A DNA stretch of 61,883 nucleotides, counting the filler, from Choristocarpus tenellus KU-1152 (taxonomy: Eukaryota; Protista; Phaeophyceae), in NCBI GenBank assembly GCA_964200185.2. It is 7 parts of 7 records of this genome, joined end to end, with 100 filler letters (N's around TTAATTAATTAA, not from the genome) between each part and the next. Parts side by side here need not be neighbours in the genome. Positions count along the whole stretch, not along the records: positions 16,373 to 38,430 come from CAXNAD020000305.1; positions 38,531 to 46,911 come from CAXNAD020004785.1; 5 more parts are not named here. One strand, given 5' to 3'. A program made the position numbers and the translations under genes. Position 1 is the first letter of the stretch; the number at the start of each line of letters is the position of its first letter. Positions 25,334 through 39,213 of the stretch are shown here, one piece after another. Below the pieces are notes generated by a model. That model was not told the origin of the DNA. It searched no databases and saw nothing but the letters and a program-made list of their open reading frames with translations.

Positions 25334-27118
25334 AGGTCATGTCAGGATGAGGTTGTGGCGGTCACAGAGAGGAAATTGTTCTACATTTTTTTGTTCTGTC
25401 AAGGAAACAGAAACAGGAGACATTATTTCCATTCAGAGAGGGTTTTAGAGGTTTACAGGTTAGTAGGTATCCTAGTATATCCCAAGTATTCATGACAAGG
25501 TAGTCAGCAAAAGAAACAAGTACCACAAGTATCAGAGCTTCAGAGTGGGATTTTTTTGGTACCTCCACGAATTTGGGAGGTATATGTGTGCATTCTGGTT
25601 AATTTGATATAGTTGCTTGCAGCATAGATGTGTAGATGACCACACATAGTCAGTACCTATCATGGAAACACTTCCAATGTGTGAAGTTTAGCTTGTGTTC
25701 TCCCCAAGAGCAGTCCTTGGTGGTATGTATCCTCATGTTCCATTGCCTAGTCATTTCTGTGCACCAGGGTAGTACTATGTTGAGCATTAGTTGATCTACA
25801 GAAAAGGCAACAGGACACATGTTGAGGGGGAATATCCCCCATGAGCTGAATTCCACCAAATAGGTACAATACAAATGTATAAAGGATTCACTTTACGGAC
25901 TATAGAATACATGGAGCAATGTTGTCTATGTCTAACGCATCAAGTCAATTTACTCCAATATAGCCAATATAGGAAGGAGTGCCTTCAGAAGTGGACATTA
26001 ATTACACATATATCAAGGATACATCTTCTCATTAATATTCTACACACATTCCTGATTAGCAGTCAGTGCAGTGGTATGGCATTGTAAATGTACCGCTAAT
26101 GGCAATTGTAAGGAAGGTAAGGCCATTCTACAAATAGCACTGGCCATTCTTACTTGTACTGCACTACTGATTAAACTGAAATCTTATGCAAAACACTGGT
26201 ATATAAAATACAATACAGGGAAATAAAGCATTCTCAACGTCTCACTCTACATCTTCTGCATTTATTGCTGAACGTTTTAAAGTTTTTGTGTTTTTTGTTG
26301 AGACTCAGAAGACTTAAGGCTTTTTTCCTCCAAAGATGGGAATGTGAGTTTGGTGACAAGAGAAACATGGTGATATTGATGTAGTTGGACACATGGACAT
26401 CTTTTTTCTTGCCTAATGCACTGTGGATGACAAGATGCAAGGTAGTGATAGCCCACAACTTGCAATGCACAATTCATACATGTTTTGTACCTCTTGTCGG
26501 TGAACATTTCCACACTACTTATCCAGGTGAGTCCATTGCCCATTTCTCATGGTTTGAGAATTTTACAACATAAATTGTAGGATTTCTAGTGGGTATATTT
26601 TCAGGGAAATATGTCATTCCAAGGGCGTGAGCCCTGATTGTACAAATATAAAACCAACACAATGCAGTGGATGTTTCATTTTAAATGCTGATAAGCATGC
26701 AATCAGTCCAGGTCTGCTAAACATGTCCCTCCCTCCTCCATTGGAACCTCTAACTCAATTTTCCCTGACCTGTCATATCCATAGACTTCTGAACACCTCT
26801 TTGAACATATGTAGCTGCAATCAATCCATTCCCCACATGCTCTACACAACAAGCATCACATTCCATTCCACTGTATAGTGTGTACTCTAAAAACTGTATG
26901 TATACATTATACATTCGTGTAGTCAATCAGAACCCTCTTCCACTTATCAAAGAAGCCCACATCTGAAATCCTGTAGGTGTACTTCAAGGATTTCCCGTTC
27001 TCCACCACAACCAAGTTTAAAGATAAAAATTTTGCAGCATGTGCAATGCCATTTCACTCCTAAATGAGGTATGTCCATGAACTGTGAATGTTAACCACCA
27101 ATGGAGGCATACACCAGA

Positions 27119-30100
27119 TCAGGCTGCCAAATGTTTTGCATCTTTCAGCCAGAAGAACTCTTCAGTTTTGTGGGACCCTCTTCCAGCAGGAACAGTTAGG
27201 TCCATGTCTTCAACTGTTGGGCCGCATGGGATAATCCCCCCTGGGTTGAGAGGGCTTGATGGAAGAATTTTGTTGGATACCACAAATAGGACACGGAAAT
27301 GTGACAAATGTAGGTAACTTTTTTGTGTATCAAGTCAAGCAGTCAAGCAGGTGGTAAGGGTGCAGGCACAGTGCATGCCCCTTTTGTCTGGTGATGGAAC
27401 ATGCAGCATGCACATGAGAGATCAACATTTGTGGATCTACATCAAATAGAGAGGGTAGGTATCAATCTTCTCTAGAGGATTAAGAAAACTGTGAAATTAA
27501 TATTATGACCTGTTCCACACACCAAGTGACTACTCACAAGAGTTGGGAGAAGTACGACCGTCGGGCATCTTCAAGATCAAAAGTTCCTGCCACTCCTGGT
27601 AGCTGATAGACATCTCTTAGCCACAACTGCAGCGAGGGGAAGTCACTGAATCGCCTGTAAGTACCAATAGGTGCAATTTCATGGTTGTGAGTTGAGGGGA
27701 AATGTTCACACCTTTCATGCACGTCTTGATACTTCAAAGACTTGGAGAGATCAATCATCATGGGCCATGGCCATTGTCATTCACATTACTGTACACATTC
27801 ACAAGCCCACAAAGTACCAATTCACAATTGATGTCTGCATCATACTCAGGAGTAACCTCATGTAAGTACACAATAAATGTTCTCCAAATGACTACAAGAA
27901 CATTGCTCATGTGAAAATTAAATCAACTATAGGAATGCACATTAGAGGAAGTGTTATGGCTGTTGGTATGTCATTATCAATGTATCACCAATGCACCTAG
28001 CAGGTCAAACTACACACACTTCTTACCTTCAAAGTTCAGAAGGTAGAACATATACTGCACACCCCAACAGATATAGAGGGACATCATTGATCAGGCATAT
28101 CATTGATAATCTCACAAGGGCATCTGTCAGCTACAGTATTACTAGTGCTACAACCACAACCACACCAAAACTACACTCCAACAGCCACCTTTGTGTATAG
28201 ATTCCATGGATACACAAGGAAGTACAGCAGTTCCTGATACAAATACAAGCCTATCACATTCCCCATGAAAATTAGGCTAACAATATACGTGATGCCACAA
28301 AATAAATAAAATTTAAGGGAAAAATTGTGGTTGTACTTTTGTTCAATCAGTTCAACATGATTCAATAGTGGGACCATTCTGTTTCTTACTTGGTGGAGCA
28401 CTTGAAGAGTGTAGCGTATACAGCATCAAACCGTAGGGCTGTGGGTAGGAGGCGAAGGTCAGCCTCAGTGAACCGGTCCCCCAGCAAGAAGCGGTTCTTC
28501 GACAGAAGGTCATCACAATGTGCCAGTCCCTCAAACACATCCCTGCAAGCCTATCAACCTCAAAAACAGAAAATAAATTTGGGTTGGCGCAGGGCAGTTT
28601 ATTCAAACTACAGACAAACACACTATAGACAAACTACCTGGTAAAAGTGTTTAGATCACCAAAGAAACAAATACCAATATTTGCAAGTACAAATATCATA
28701 TCAAGTATCTCCATAAAACAAATAAATACTAATGTCTTTTATAGAAAATCCTTGTGGAAAAGGAATTGACAATGTGAAAAACTTGTCACTACTTGTGGGA
28801 TAGTTCCTCACACTCATTGAGTACTGAAAGTTTTGAGAATAACTAAAGCAACCCTTGAACTAAATTATAATATGCAATAGTATAGGCAACTACTCCAGAG
28901 TTAGTATTGTCTAGAGTGTGTATATATTTTGCTGGTTAATGTACATCATTGCCAAAAGTGATGTTGTACTTGCATATAGATCAGCCAACCCTCTGCTACT
29001 TTCCCACCAAAGTTGGTTCACTTCAAAATATGCCCTCGCTTGAATGACACTTACCTTACCATACTCACTTGGAACTAGTCAATTCTAAACATTTTAGGTA
29101 AGAGGAAGTGAAAAATTGACAGCAACAGACGATTGAAAACATAGTGATACATATAGTGAAATATAGGTATTGTGGGAGAAGAGAAAGTATCTTTGTTGAT
29201 TACTTGGTGTTACAAAGTGAGGGAAGAATGACACCTAAGAAACACCCAGTGTCTATTTAAGAGTCTCCTTTTTCAGTTTTAAATGAGCAACTTTGTATAA
29301 AGTGAGCCAGCTCTTACTCACAACATACTGCAAGCAACAACAGGTACAGAAAATAAATAAAACAGTTGTGAAAGCACATTGGCAACTACGCCAAATGGAG
29401 ACAATGATTTCTTAGTATAGATCCCAGCATAGCACTCCTCATGCACTTTTGTTATTGTATTTGTCGATTCCTGAGTAATGAGAATATATTTCCCCTGACT
29501 ACACACTACACATGTGCATTATACACATTGATACATATACATTGATATATAGACATTGATATTTATACGTTGATATTTATACATTGATATTTATACATTG
29601 ATATCTGCGCTTTCGCCTTGTACACTTATCACACCTACTCCACAATAAGTGCAAAGTTATTGGAAGCTATTGCTAGGCGCAAAGCAGTGTGTATTTGTAG
29701 GTATTTGTAACGTATCATCATACACCTCCCCCTTCCCTTCTTACCCTAACCCTAACAACTAACTACAGTCTAACTATTTATCAAGACATCGCCAAGGGAA
29801 TCATTAACCCAGAATGTGTATTGCTCTAGTGTCTGCTAGTGCCATGGTCTGTGATACAATTACTATCTGTGATACAATTACTGTGATACAATAACTATCT
29901 GTGATACAACTACTACAAATTTTCACAGGCAGGTACAGACCCCCCCTGTGGTATGTGTTCCTCCTGTATCGGTTGGAGCACCATGGCTGCTGGCCTGTGA
30001 AGCCTCTCCTCTTTTTCCCATGCCCAGAACACGCACACACATTCAGAACACACAACTTTCCTACAGGTTCTGTTCCATCACTGTGGCTCCTTACTGGCCA

Positions 30101-33100
30101 AAGTTCTCCTTCTCTTATTATTATTATTATTATTATTATCACCACAGCCCTCACAGTTTAACCAGACACAACCCCAGACTATGTCTTTCTGTCAGTATAT
30201 TAACTTATATTAAATTATATTAAATTATATTAACTGGTACCGGAGCATTGTGGATATTAACTGGCAGAGTTTCCCCTCCTCTATCCATACCGGCACAGTC
30301 CCCCCTGTTAGCCAGTAGTAAATAGTGGGTGGTAATATTAAGTATTAAAGAGTAAGTAGTAAAGAATAAGTAGTAAGTAGTAAGTAGTAAGTAGTAAGTA
30401 GTAAGAAGTAGTAAATGGTAAGAAGTAGTAAATACCATTGTTCCCTGCTGTAGCCCATGTTTACCATAGGAAGTTGATAGTATCACATTATGGTTGTCAC
30501 AATTGACACACAATAGGATTAGGGTTACCCCGCATATTATCACTCTACAGCATGGTCACAACTGGTTTGTTTGAATTGCATATGTAACTCTAGAGTTGGG
30601 TGTAAATCTGTTGACAAGCATTAAAGAAAGAAAAAAAAAATCACAAAAGTGCAGGGACCAAACCCCAACCATGGTTTTGGTCTTGGTTTGGTGGTGTTGG
30701 TGTTGGTGTTGTTGTTGTTGCAAGGGATACACTACAAACAAGACATGAATACCGTCACCATACATTACTGTGAGCCAATATACAGATAGAAGAGCCAATA
30801 TACAGATAGAAAGCACACAAACACCAACAAAGAACAATCTTTTGTTTGGATGATTGTCTACAAACACATGTCACAATAAACCTCATACCTACTTTAATAC
30901 ATGGAACAACGAGCTAGTTCAGAGGGACAACAAGTGACAAGACAGACTGCTAATGAACAATGGTGACCAAGGGTAACAAGTGCAAACCAAGCCAAATAAC
31001 CCCAAAGAATAGTCATACAGTCTGTATGTCCGATCAGATCAGGTACAAGCAAGGGCAAGTACCCCCAAATAGTGCCTCTGGGTGGTATAGTGTAAAGTGA
31101 AGAAATCATGCAGCTCACTGTCATCCAAAAGAGGGCACAGTGGTTCACTAGCTGACTCGATTCTGCCATTTTTCTACCAGGGAAATTGGTGGGATGACAC
31201 CGGCTTGATTCTGACACAGATATCAGATGTTAGACAGAAGACACCTGACCACAGCAATGTTCATATAGCAATGTTGTAGAAGACAGAAGACTCCACAACG
31301 TCACGACTATTTAAAAAAAAAGCCCATGTGGACTTAACCCAGTTCACTTCTACTTTGGTTTGCAATACTAGTATACATTATAGAGTATACAGTATACATT
31401 AACTTAAACCCAGCTGTAGATTTGAAAGGGCATAAAAGGAAAGCTGGTGACCATCTCCCTAGTCCCAGAGTGGGGCACCAGAGTCTCAACCCATGCTACA
31501 GATGCATCATGGCATAGTCAACATGAATCTCACCTTCTCATAGGACACCTGTGATGTGGAAAACCCTGCTCGGTAGACGCCATTATTAATCTTCAACATG
31601 TACAGTGTGCAACCAGAACAATTAGAGTCAGGTCAAAAAAAGATGATTAAAAGACATACAACCACCATTACAATATATACCACCACCAGTATAATACATA
31701 CAACCTAGGAAACACAACTGGTCAACCCACTTTGTCCACCCCACTTGTACCTCTACACACAACTCAAGTCCCAGTACCCATGCAACACCTAAAACTTGTG
31801 TAGTGTATGTATTATAAATGTTGTTCCAAACCACGTCAAGCACATTTAGGTGAACAGACTCCATATCATCTAGAGAGTGGACCCATTGCCAAAAAGAGTG
31901 AGGTAGATCATATAGTGCAGCAGTGTGATAAAACAACTAGATGATTTACACTGGTAGAGGAGTCAGACTATGGTGATGTGCGGTGTGTGGGTGTATCTGA
32001 TATGATATAGTATCTGATATGATATAGTATCTGATATGATATAGTATCTGATATGATATAGTATCTGATATGATATAGATAGAGGAGGATAAAATTACAG
32101 GTGAGGAAAGTTGAGTTGACTTCAAGGGTCTGACATGATCCTACTGATATAAATTTACTATTAATAGGAACATGTTGGGTTCTTCAAAGGTGTTGATTGC
32201 AAAATGAATGAGAAAAACTCATCAAAGTTCTTCAATTTGGTACATTTGGTACAGAGTACTACCGCAATACATTAATCTATTTTTGGCCACCTACAAGACA
32301 TACAAAGAATGCATCAAAACGCCAAGCCTGCCCAGAGTAACAATGGACACAAACATACCAAACATAACAAACATACCGACAGAGGCTCCACATTACAAGA
32401 ATTTTTTCTTGTACAGGAGTACATTGACATGTTTTGCAGGCATCTACCTTTTCATAGATATGCTCATTGAGCACATCCACTTCTCCTTCCAAGGCAGCTG
32501 GACAAAGGTCAACAGGCTGAAACCCCTCTCCTCCATCTTTGAAGTCAAGGTCATTTAACATGCGTACAATTTGACTGAATCGGAGTAACCCAGTCATTAA
32601 AGTCATTAAAGTCATTAAAGTCATTAAGATCATTAAGGGGTAAGGGTTACCCAGTGATTAAGGGGTAAGGGGGGGGACAAGCAGAAACACAAAAGAGGTT
32701 TGGTTTAGTCCAAGGTTAATTTTAGTTCAACTTTAGTTTTAGTTCAAGGTTTGGTTTGGTCCAAGGTTAATTTTGGTTCAAGGTGTGACTGCAAGATTTG
32801 GATCATTTGAAGACAGAGGGGTTTAGAGTATTAGACAAGGTTTTGGTGCAGTCTACAGACAAAAATGAACATTATCACAACTTTCAAGTTCATCTAAGTG
32901 CATCACATTCGCAGCATGTCAGAAATTTTGATGTGATACAATGTGATATGATGTGACATGGTATGATATGATGTGATGTGATGTGATGTGATGCAATTCT
33001 GATTTTGTACAATGGGCTAAGACCACCTTGACTCATTCGTGACAATCTTCCGTGCCTTTTTGTCCACAACCAGTGGTGCTGTACACCTATCCATCAAGAT

Positions 33101-33113
33101 CATCATCATCACC

Positions 33114-33144
<31 letters not shown>

Positions 33145-36100
33145 GGTATCACAGTCAAGCAAAAAGAAAAGGACAAGATAGAGGGTCTGGGGTGTTAGTG
33201 TAGTTGTGGTACTCACCAGCAACCTTAGGGTTTAATCATTTTCCCACTCACACAGGAAGCACATCTCAAATATACACAATACAAATCATACCTCTCAGAA
33301 TGGGTTTCAGTCAAGTGGAGATTGCATTGAACTGGTTCATCTACCTTTTGCATCACATAGACATGTCAAGTATGAGCATTGAACACTGATTGGAATTAAC
33401 GACAAAGGTGTATGAATGTCAAAGGTTTATAAAGTCATTGAAGCAGCAGCTATTTTTTTCAGAGGAATGAACTCTCAGTTGATCATACACCAAAGTAAGG
33501 ATGATTCTGGTGAAGGGTACTGCAGGTTAATGATAATAACCTCATATGAATTTCTCAAGGTATGACTAAATTCACAGTGGGTGGTGGTAAGAAGAAGGGC
33601 GTAGTGAAGCCATCAAATGTTAAAGTGGAAGTGGAACAGTCCTGATCATCATTGTCAATTGTCATCATCCAAGACCATTACCACATGTCATTACCAAAAT
33701 GAAATATTCTCATTATACCAACTACCCATATGCCACAAGGTCATCATCTATTGTATCATCTATTATACATCACTGCAAAAAGCAAACACCATAGTTCATT
33801 TAGAGAAACTGCATGGCATATTTTTCGTTAATTTGGATACAATGTGTTTCTTTCCACAGGCTGATTACTGGAACCATGAGGTCATATCCCTTTTGATTAT
33901 CTATCCCCGGAGAGAGATGATTGCATCCTTGACTAGATAATAGTGGACTGGGTATGACGTTTTCTCACTTAAATCCCTAATAATAATAAATTTCTGAAAA
34001 CAACAATAAAAATATTTTTTTGTGATAATATATGTAATAGATGAGCTCTAAGTACTCCTAGTACTTCACACAGCAACACCACCAAACCAATGGTAACCAT
34101 TGGTAACCATTGGTAGATATAGGTAGACATAGGAGTATGCTACTACGTCTATTAAAAGAAATGTTCCGAGAATCTGAATCAGTCTCTCATATTATACCTT
34201 ATTATACCATATTATACCATATTATACCACAAGGGTCAACATACCCGGTTCTCATCCCAGTTTGGTCCTGAGTAGTACCAGGCAAGTCATCTATCTACCC
34301 CACACACGCTCATGTCAAGGTGTTGTCTGTCTATCACTTGACCATCTTTACAAAGACCACAAGTCTTCACACAGAAGATGTTATACAATTAGATGTTATA
34401 CAATTAGATGTTATACAATTAGATGTTATACAATTAGCACAGAAGATGTTACATCATTTGCACAGAAAATGCAGAATGTCTTCCCATCTATATTGCACCT
34501 TAATCTCACCTCCCCTTAAAACCTGGGGTACAAGTCTCATAGACCTCTCTGAGATCATTACATCTGAAGACAGGATCAGGCCTTTTCTTTGTGAACGCCC
34601 ACCCCCCTCGTGATGCCTTCTCCGGGTCTGGATATGGAGGCATGAAATGGGGGGGGAAGGGGGACTGTGTTGAATATTCAGCTAGCGAATATATTCAGAC
34701 CTTCTACATTGCCAATCAGCTTTGCTGTCATAGACATCAGGACAGGTACTTGCATCCATTTCTGTGTGATCATCCTCTATTCCAAGGTGCTTATACCCAA
34801 CTCATTCCAATACAGGGAGTGATCGATTTGGTTTCTAGTTGTTACAGTTGTTTAAACAATCATAGATAACATAGATGGATCTGTAGCATTCTAGGAAAGG
34901 TAGGCAGCATTAGTTGTAAAACAATCCTGCAACTCCAATGTGAAATTTCTCTGGTAAAGAAGCATATAAAGTGGAATTCTTGATAAACATTTCATACTAA
35001 ATAAACACAATTTCAATGGTGTATAAAACAAAATATTATACTATCATTCCATACTAGATATACACACTTTCAATGCTGTATAAAACAAAATATTATACTA
35101 TCATTCCATACTAGATATACACACTTTCGATACTGTAAAATAACAAAATGAAAAATCAGAAAACTATGACTTTGTAAAAAATTGAGAATGCCCCTTCCTA
35201 ACAGTTCTTACCAACATAGAATTATTTACTTTCCTCACCTCCAGCTCTACAATTGCCTACTCTAGACAATGAAACTCAACCACATTTGCTTGTTCATCAT
35301 GGCAAGTGCAAAATTTAGAATTTCACTTTCAATCCGTTCACCACTCCACTCCACTCCATCTTCTGAAATGTTACAAACAAAATGATGTTCTACAGTTCAA
35401 AAAACATACTCAGGAGGACCATACATACAACAAAAAATGAATTCTGGAAGGTATGTATCTCATTCAACCCCCAATAGAATTTGAGCATGCATCCTATCCA
35501 ATTCCACACCCGGTCCTAAACATGTTCATAAACGTTTCAATCAAACATATCCTGTCAGATCTTCAGGCTCCATTTTTGCACTCCATATACTGGACTAGGA
35601 ACAAAGAAAATTATGCTACAACTGCATGCCAATAAACTCTCACACTCCTAACTCACACCTCTTCTCTACACCTGTACATTCAAGTTCATTAGGCAACTTT
35701 CCTTCATAACTTCTCACTTCTCACCATCGTCCATAATTGAGAAAGATATGCTATCTGTCAGGCCCCTCATGATGATTGCCAGTACCACCCGGTGGCACCA
35801 TGGGCAGGCGTTGCCGATATAGACATGGTATCTACCCTCTTCAGCTGGGAATCTACCTTTTCCCAACCATCCTCGGAAGTCATACGATGGTCTGCAAAGT
35901 GTGAAATATGGCAAACCATTGCTGGTCAGAAAAGTGACTACACTCATGCAGTGATTGGGAATAGTTACCCTTGGGCTACGGGGAGGAACTACACACTCTC
36001 AAATTATAGTTGACATTCAAGGAACCATGCTAAGGGGAACTCAAGCATGGACAATTTAGACACGGTAAGAATGAAGTCCTCGGGTCCTCCATGCCGCAAT

Positions 36101-36840
36101 GCTTGCGCCGCGTAACAGTAAAGAGATACCACACACGAACACTGTGAGCTCAAAACTGCGATCATACATAAAAGGCTATTGTGTTTCAATGCACCCCGCA
36201 CTCACCTGACATAGCTTCCGTCTGCGGATTGGGGTGCGAGTTCCCGCATCATCTGCAACCAGATGGTTTTCCATGCCAACTTTGCTGATTTCACAATCAT
36301 TCCCTGTGGCAAAACACCCCCTGCAAGCTCAAGGATACCGAAACCTTGCAGATTGTACAAATGCAGGACAAGGTCAAAAAAGAGAGAAGGTATTGATTAC
36401 AATATAGGTACGTCAACCTCAGATAATGATAGGGAAGAGTTCTTGGTACAAAGATGGACAAAAGAGTGATATGAAAACTACGCCACCGACACAAGAAGGT
36501 GTGTGAAGGGTTCGAGAGTAGAGTGGCTCCTCTCTATAAACATGCGATAATGACCGGTTGCCTTCCTGAAAACAGAAGGAGGGTCGACCTCGTTGAGAAC
36601 ATGAAAGAAACGTGAAGCGTGCAAACAATTACCTTTGTTTAACTTGGTGGAGGGATATCCATCTGCGTCGCCACTGCTGTCAGAACTCCGTATCATCTCT
36701 AGTTTGCACACCTGTCTTGAACTTGGCAAGACTTTTAAATTTCTTATCGAGCACCCAGAGAGGGGTAGACAGAAGCCATGAGCGAGGACGGTACCTGCAG
36801 CGCAAGCCCCGCTAAGGGGAAGAAGAAGGGAGGACCGCAT
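27119..36840 (-). CDS. Glutathionyl-hydroquinone reductase (Xi/omega-like GST, YqjG/ECM4 family), probably plastid-targeted; exons 36840-36633, 36320-36206, 35891-35725, 34627-34510, 33086-33027, 32574-32448, 31590-31534, 28550-28390, 27654-27538, 27254-27119
   Basis: FPAEEGRYHVYIGNACPWCHR, GGWAF...DPVF..NDLREVY, GRCTAPLVVDKK..IVTNESSQIVRML, INNGVYRAGF, FTEADLRLLPTALRFDAVY..LFKC and SYFSQLFPLNPGGIIP. All phases are compatible; signal peptide followed by AHGF. Confidence 0.93.
31993..35130. repeat. Intronic short tandem repeats: 17-bp TATCTGATATGATATAG (~31993-32078), 9-bp GTCATTAAA (~32593-32637), 15-bp GATGTTATACAATTA (~34377-34436), ~57-bp duplication (~35020-35128)
   Basis: Periodicities visible directly in the sequence. 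Confidence 0.85.
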
Positions 36841-37701
36841 ACTTGAGAGGAATAGTCTGTTGAGATATCGAAGAGGTGAAGATACCTCCCCAAACAAATC
36901 AAGGACAACAATGAGATTCTAAGCCTTTGTATTAAGTCAAAATGCGAGATGATCATGATTCACCAACCAATTTTTCGAGTTTAGACACTCAATGATAATA
37001 TCAAGGCAGCAAATCATCCTTGTTGGTCACTCATGAGTTGCGGCTTATCTATCTGTCCAATGGATTACGACCCACAACACACCTTATGCCAAGAAATCGC
37101 TTGGTATGTGGTGGGAGTTATCCTCAAAATCGGTGGAAGAAGAACTTTTTGGTCGTTGTTTACCCTATAATAAGATGATGTATAACAAGATTTTGTATCC
37201 AACCCAAAATAAATTGTTACAGTACTTGAAACAGATGGAAACAAGCCGACTGATTCTTCGTAATGAAGGGGAGCGGGAAGACCCACAGGAGGCAAGATCA
37301 AAGAGAGACAAGTCAAAGAGGGAGAGCAGGAAAAGAGTGTTCCAGTGGTAACTGAAAGAGGGGGGTGTTGGTAAGGTCACTCAAAACCATCCTATCTTAC
37401 TTCAAGCAGATGTTACTTTCAACATGCAAGAACAAATGTCATACGAATATCATAATGTTCAAGATAGGTTACCTTCAGGGTATACCTACCTTCTATGGAA
37501 GATGGCTCTCACACTTGACATCATATACTACTATTTTGTTTTGTTCACAAATTCTGGATTATTTTTTTTTTATTCTCTTTTTGCAATCCACCCATTCCCC
37601 CTTCCCTCCCTCCCCATTGTACCCCCACTTACTTATGATCACCCAGTGCGACCTCTTCGCTACCGATTTTCCGGGGATCTCGATATTGTATTCTCTCTAA
37701 C

Positions 37702-38400
37702 TCAGAATTTCCTTGGGGGTGATACGGTGAGGTTTTGGTTTTCATGTAGTCCAAAGACAGACTGTAACTCTGCAACAATACTGTTTTCAAATTCGGTACC
37801 TTGATTGGAGTGCAACAACTCGGGTGGCCCAAAAATTGAAAATACACGTTCTACCACTGTACAAGCAATTGTTGCGGCCTCTTTATTTGGAACAGGGCTC
37901 AGTACAACAAAACGAGTGAGGTGATCAATGGCAGACAACACAGAAGAGTACATCACACCATTTGCTGCTGGGGAGCGTGTTTTGTTCTCTACCAAATCAA
38001 TAGCAACACGCTGAATTGGTCTGTCAACGGGCACATGATGGCCAGTGGGAAGTGTAGCTTTGTTGTGAGCAGTCTTCAAAATGCAATTGGCATGCTTGAC
38101 AATCACGACACTATACACAAACGTTGATATTGAATTATGGCCCCCAATACGAGTCTCTAACCTTATCAAACGTGGGTTTGAAACCTAAGTGGCCTCCATA
38201 CAATGCATGGTCATGGAAACCATGGAGTATATGAGAGACTAAAGAACGAGGAACAACCAACTGGTCTCTAAAAGTGCTCCTCTTACGAAGATGACCTGGT
38301 CAATACGAATGATACAATAAGCCATTACGAAGGGAAAAATGTCGTCGATTCCTTATCAGTTGGTGGGGCAAGGTTGGGGGACTGCAGATAACAGTGGATT
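37702..38400 (-). mobile_element. Ty3/Gypsy integrase relic (zinc-binding region and rve core), frameshifted
   Basis: QLVVP...FHDHALYGGHLG, then RPIQRVAIDLV...SAIDHLTRFVVLSPVPNKEA.TIA...VFSIFGPPELLHSNQGTEFEN. Confidence 0.88.
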
Positions 38401-38804
38401 TTCAAAATTGAGGAAGGAGCGGGACTATGANNNNNNNNNNNNNNNNNNNNNNNNNNNNNNNNNNNNNNNNNNNNTTAATTAATTAANNNNNNNNNNNNNN
38501 NNNNNNNNNNNNNNNNNNNNNNNNNNNNNNGGGGCCGGGGTTCCAAACTGTTCCCCTCCGATCTGGCCCCCCCCCCCCTCCCAGATACTTTGGGTCTGCT
38601 GCACAGTAGGGGACCCTGGAAGGTCGCTATCATCCTCATGCGGAAATACCCTAACCCTTTTCCCATCAAGCCATCACGTAAAACCAGGTTTCATCCACAT
38701 GGATCGTGTTCCCCATGGAGGTGTACACACCACGTTTCCGGTCCACTTGATCGCAAACAAAGTCCATTCTCCATACCTTTTGCCACGATTCAAGCTTGGG
38801 TTTG

Positions 38805-38987
38805 GGCAAAAGTATCTGGGGGGAGGGGGGGGGGGGTCTACACCAGGGTGTCCATTTTGGATCAAAATCAGGAAATGTGCATTTACATTACCCATCTGAT
38901 GTATGTAACCAAATCACCCAAAAATCACGACATGAAAAAATTGACCCCGAATAGACAGTCGCCACCCCCTCCCAGATACTTCGAGCC
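38805..38987 (-). mobile_element. MITE family B copy with TSD TTTG inside the mariner transposase; the end of another copy lies at ~38571-38596
   Basis: TIRs GGCAAAAGTATCTGGG / CCCAGATACTTCGAGCC; removing it restores the host reading frame. Confidence 0.85.
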
Positions 38988-39069
38988 TTTGATCCAGTGG
39001 CGATTCAGCATGGCCCCTATATCATTCAACCACCTGTTTATGGTGCTCGTGCTATAATTCAGGGCCTTG

Positions 39070-39213
39070 GCGGCCATCTTCATAGCCACCTGACGCACTG
39101 TGGATGACCGAATATTGGAGTTGATACTATGTATTGCGGCCATCTTCATAGTCACCTGACGCACTGTGGATGACCGAATATTGGAGTTGATACTATGTAT
39201 TGCGGCCATCTTC
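39070..39213. repeat. 66-bp tandem duplication (units start 39070 and 39136, partial at 39202), in frame within the transposase
   Basis: Encodes MAAIHSINSNIRSSTVRQV[TA]MK twice on the minus strand. Confidence 0.9.

Noticed and set aside
29804-31279. Hydrophobic or low-complexity ORFs in the large reductase intron
   Set aside because: They are products of microsatellites and skewed composition; the flanking exons join in frame without them.
39070-39213. Triple AAGATGGCCGC (YY1-like) regulatory array on the minus strand
   Set aside because: Explained by an in-frame duplication of KMAA codons within the mariner transposase.
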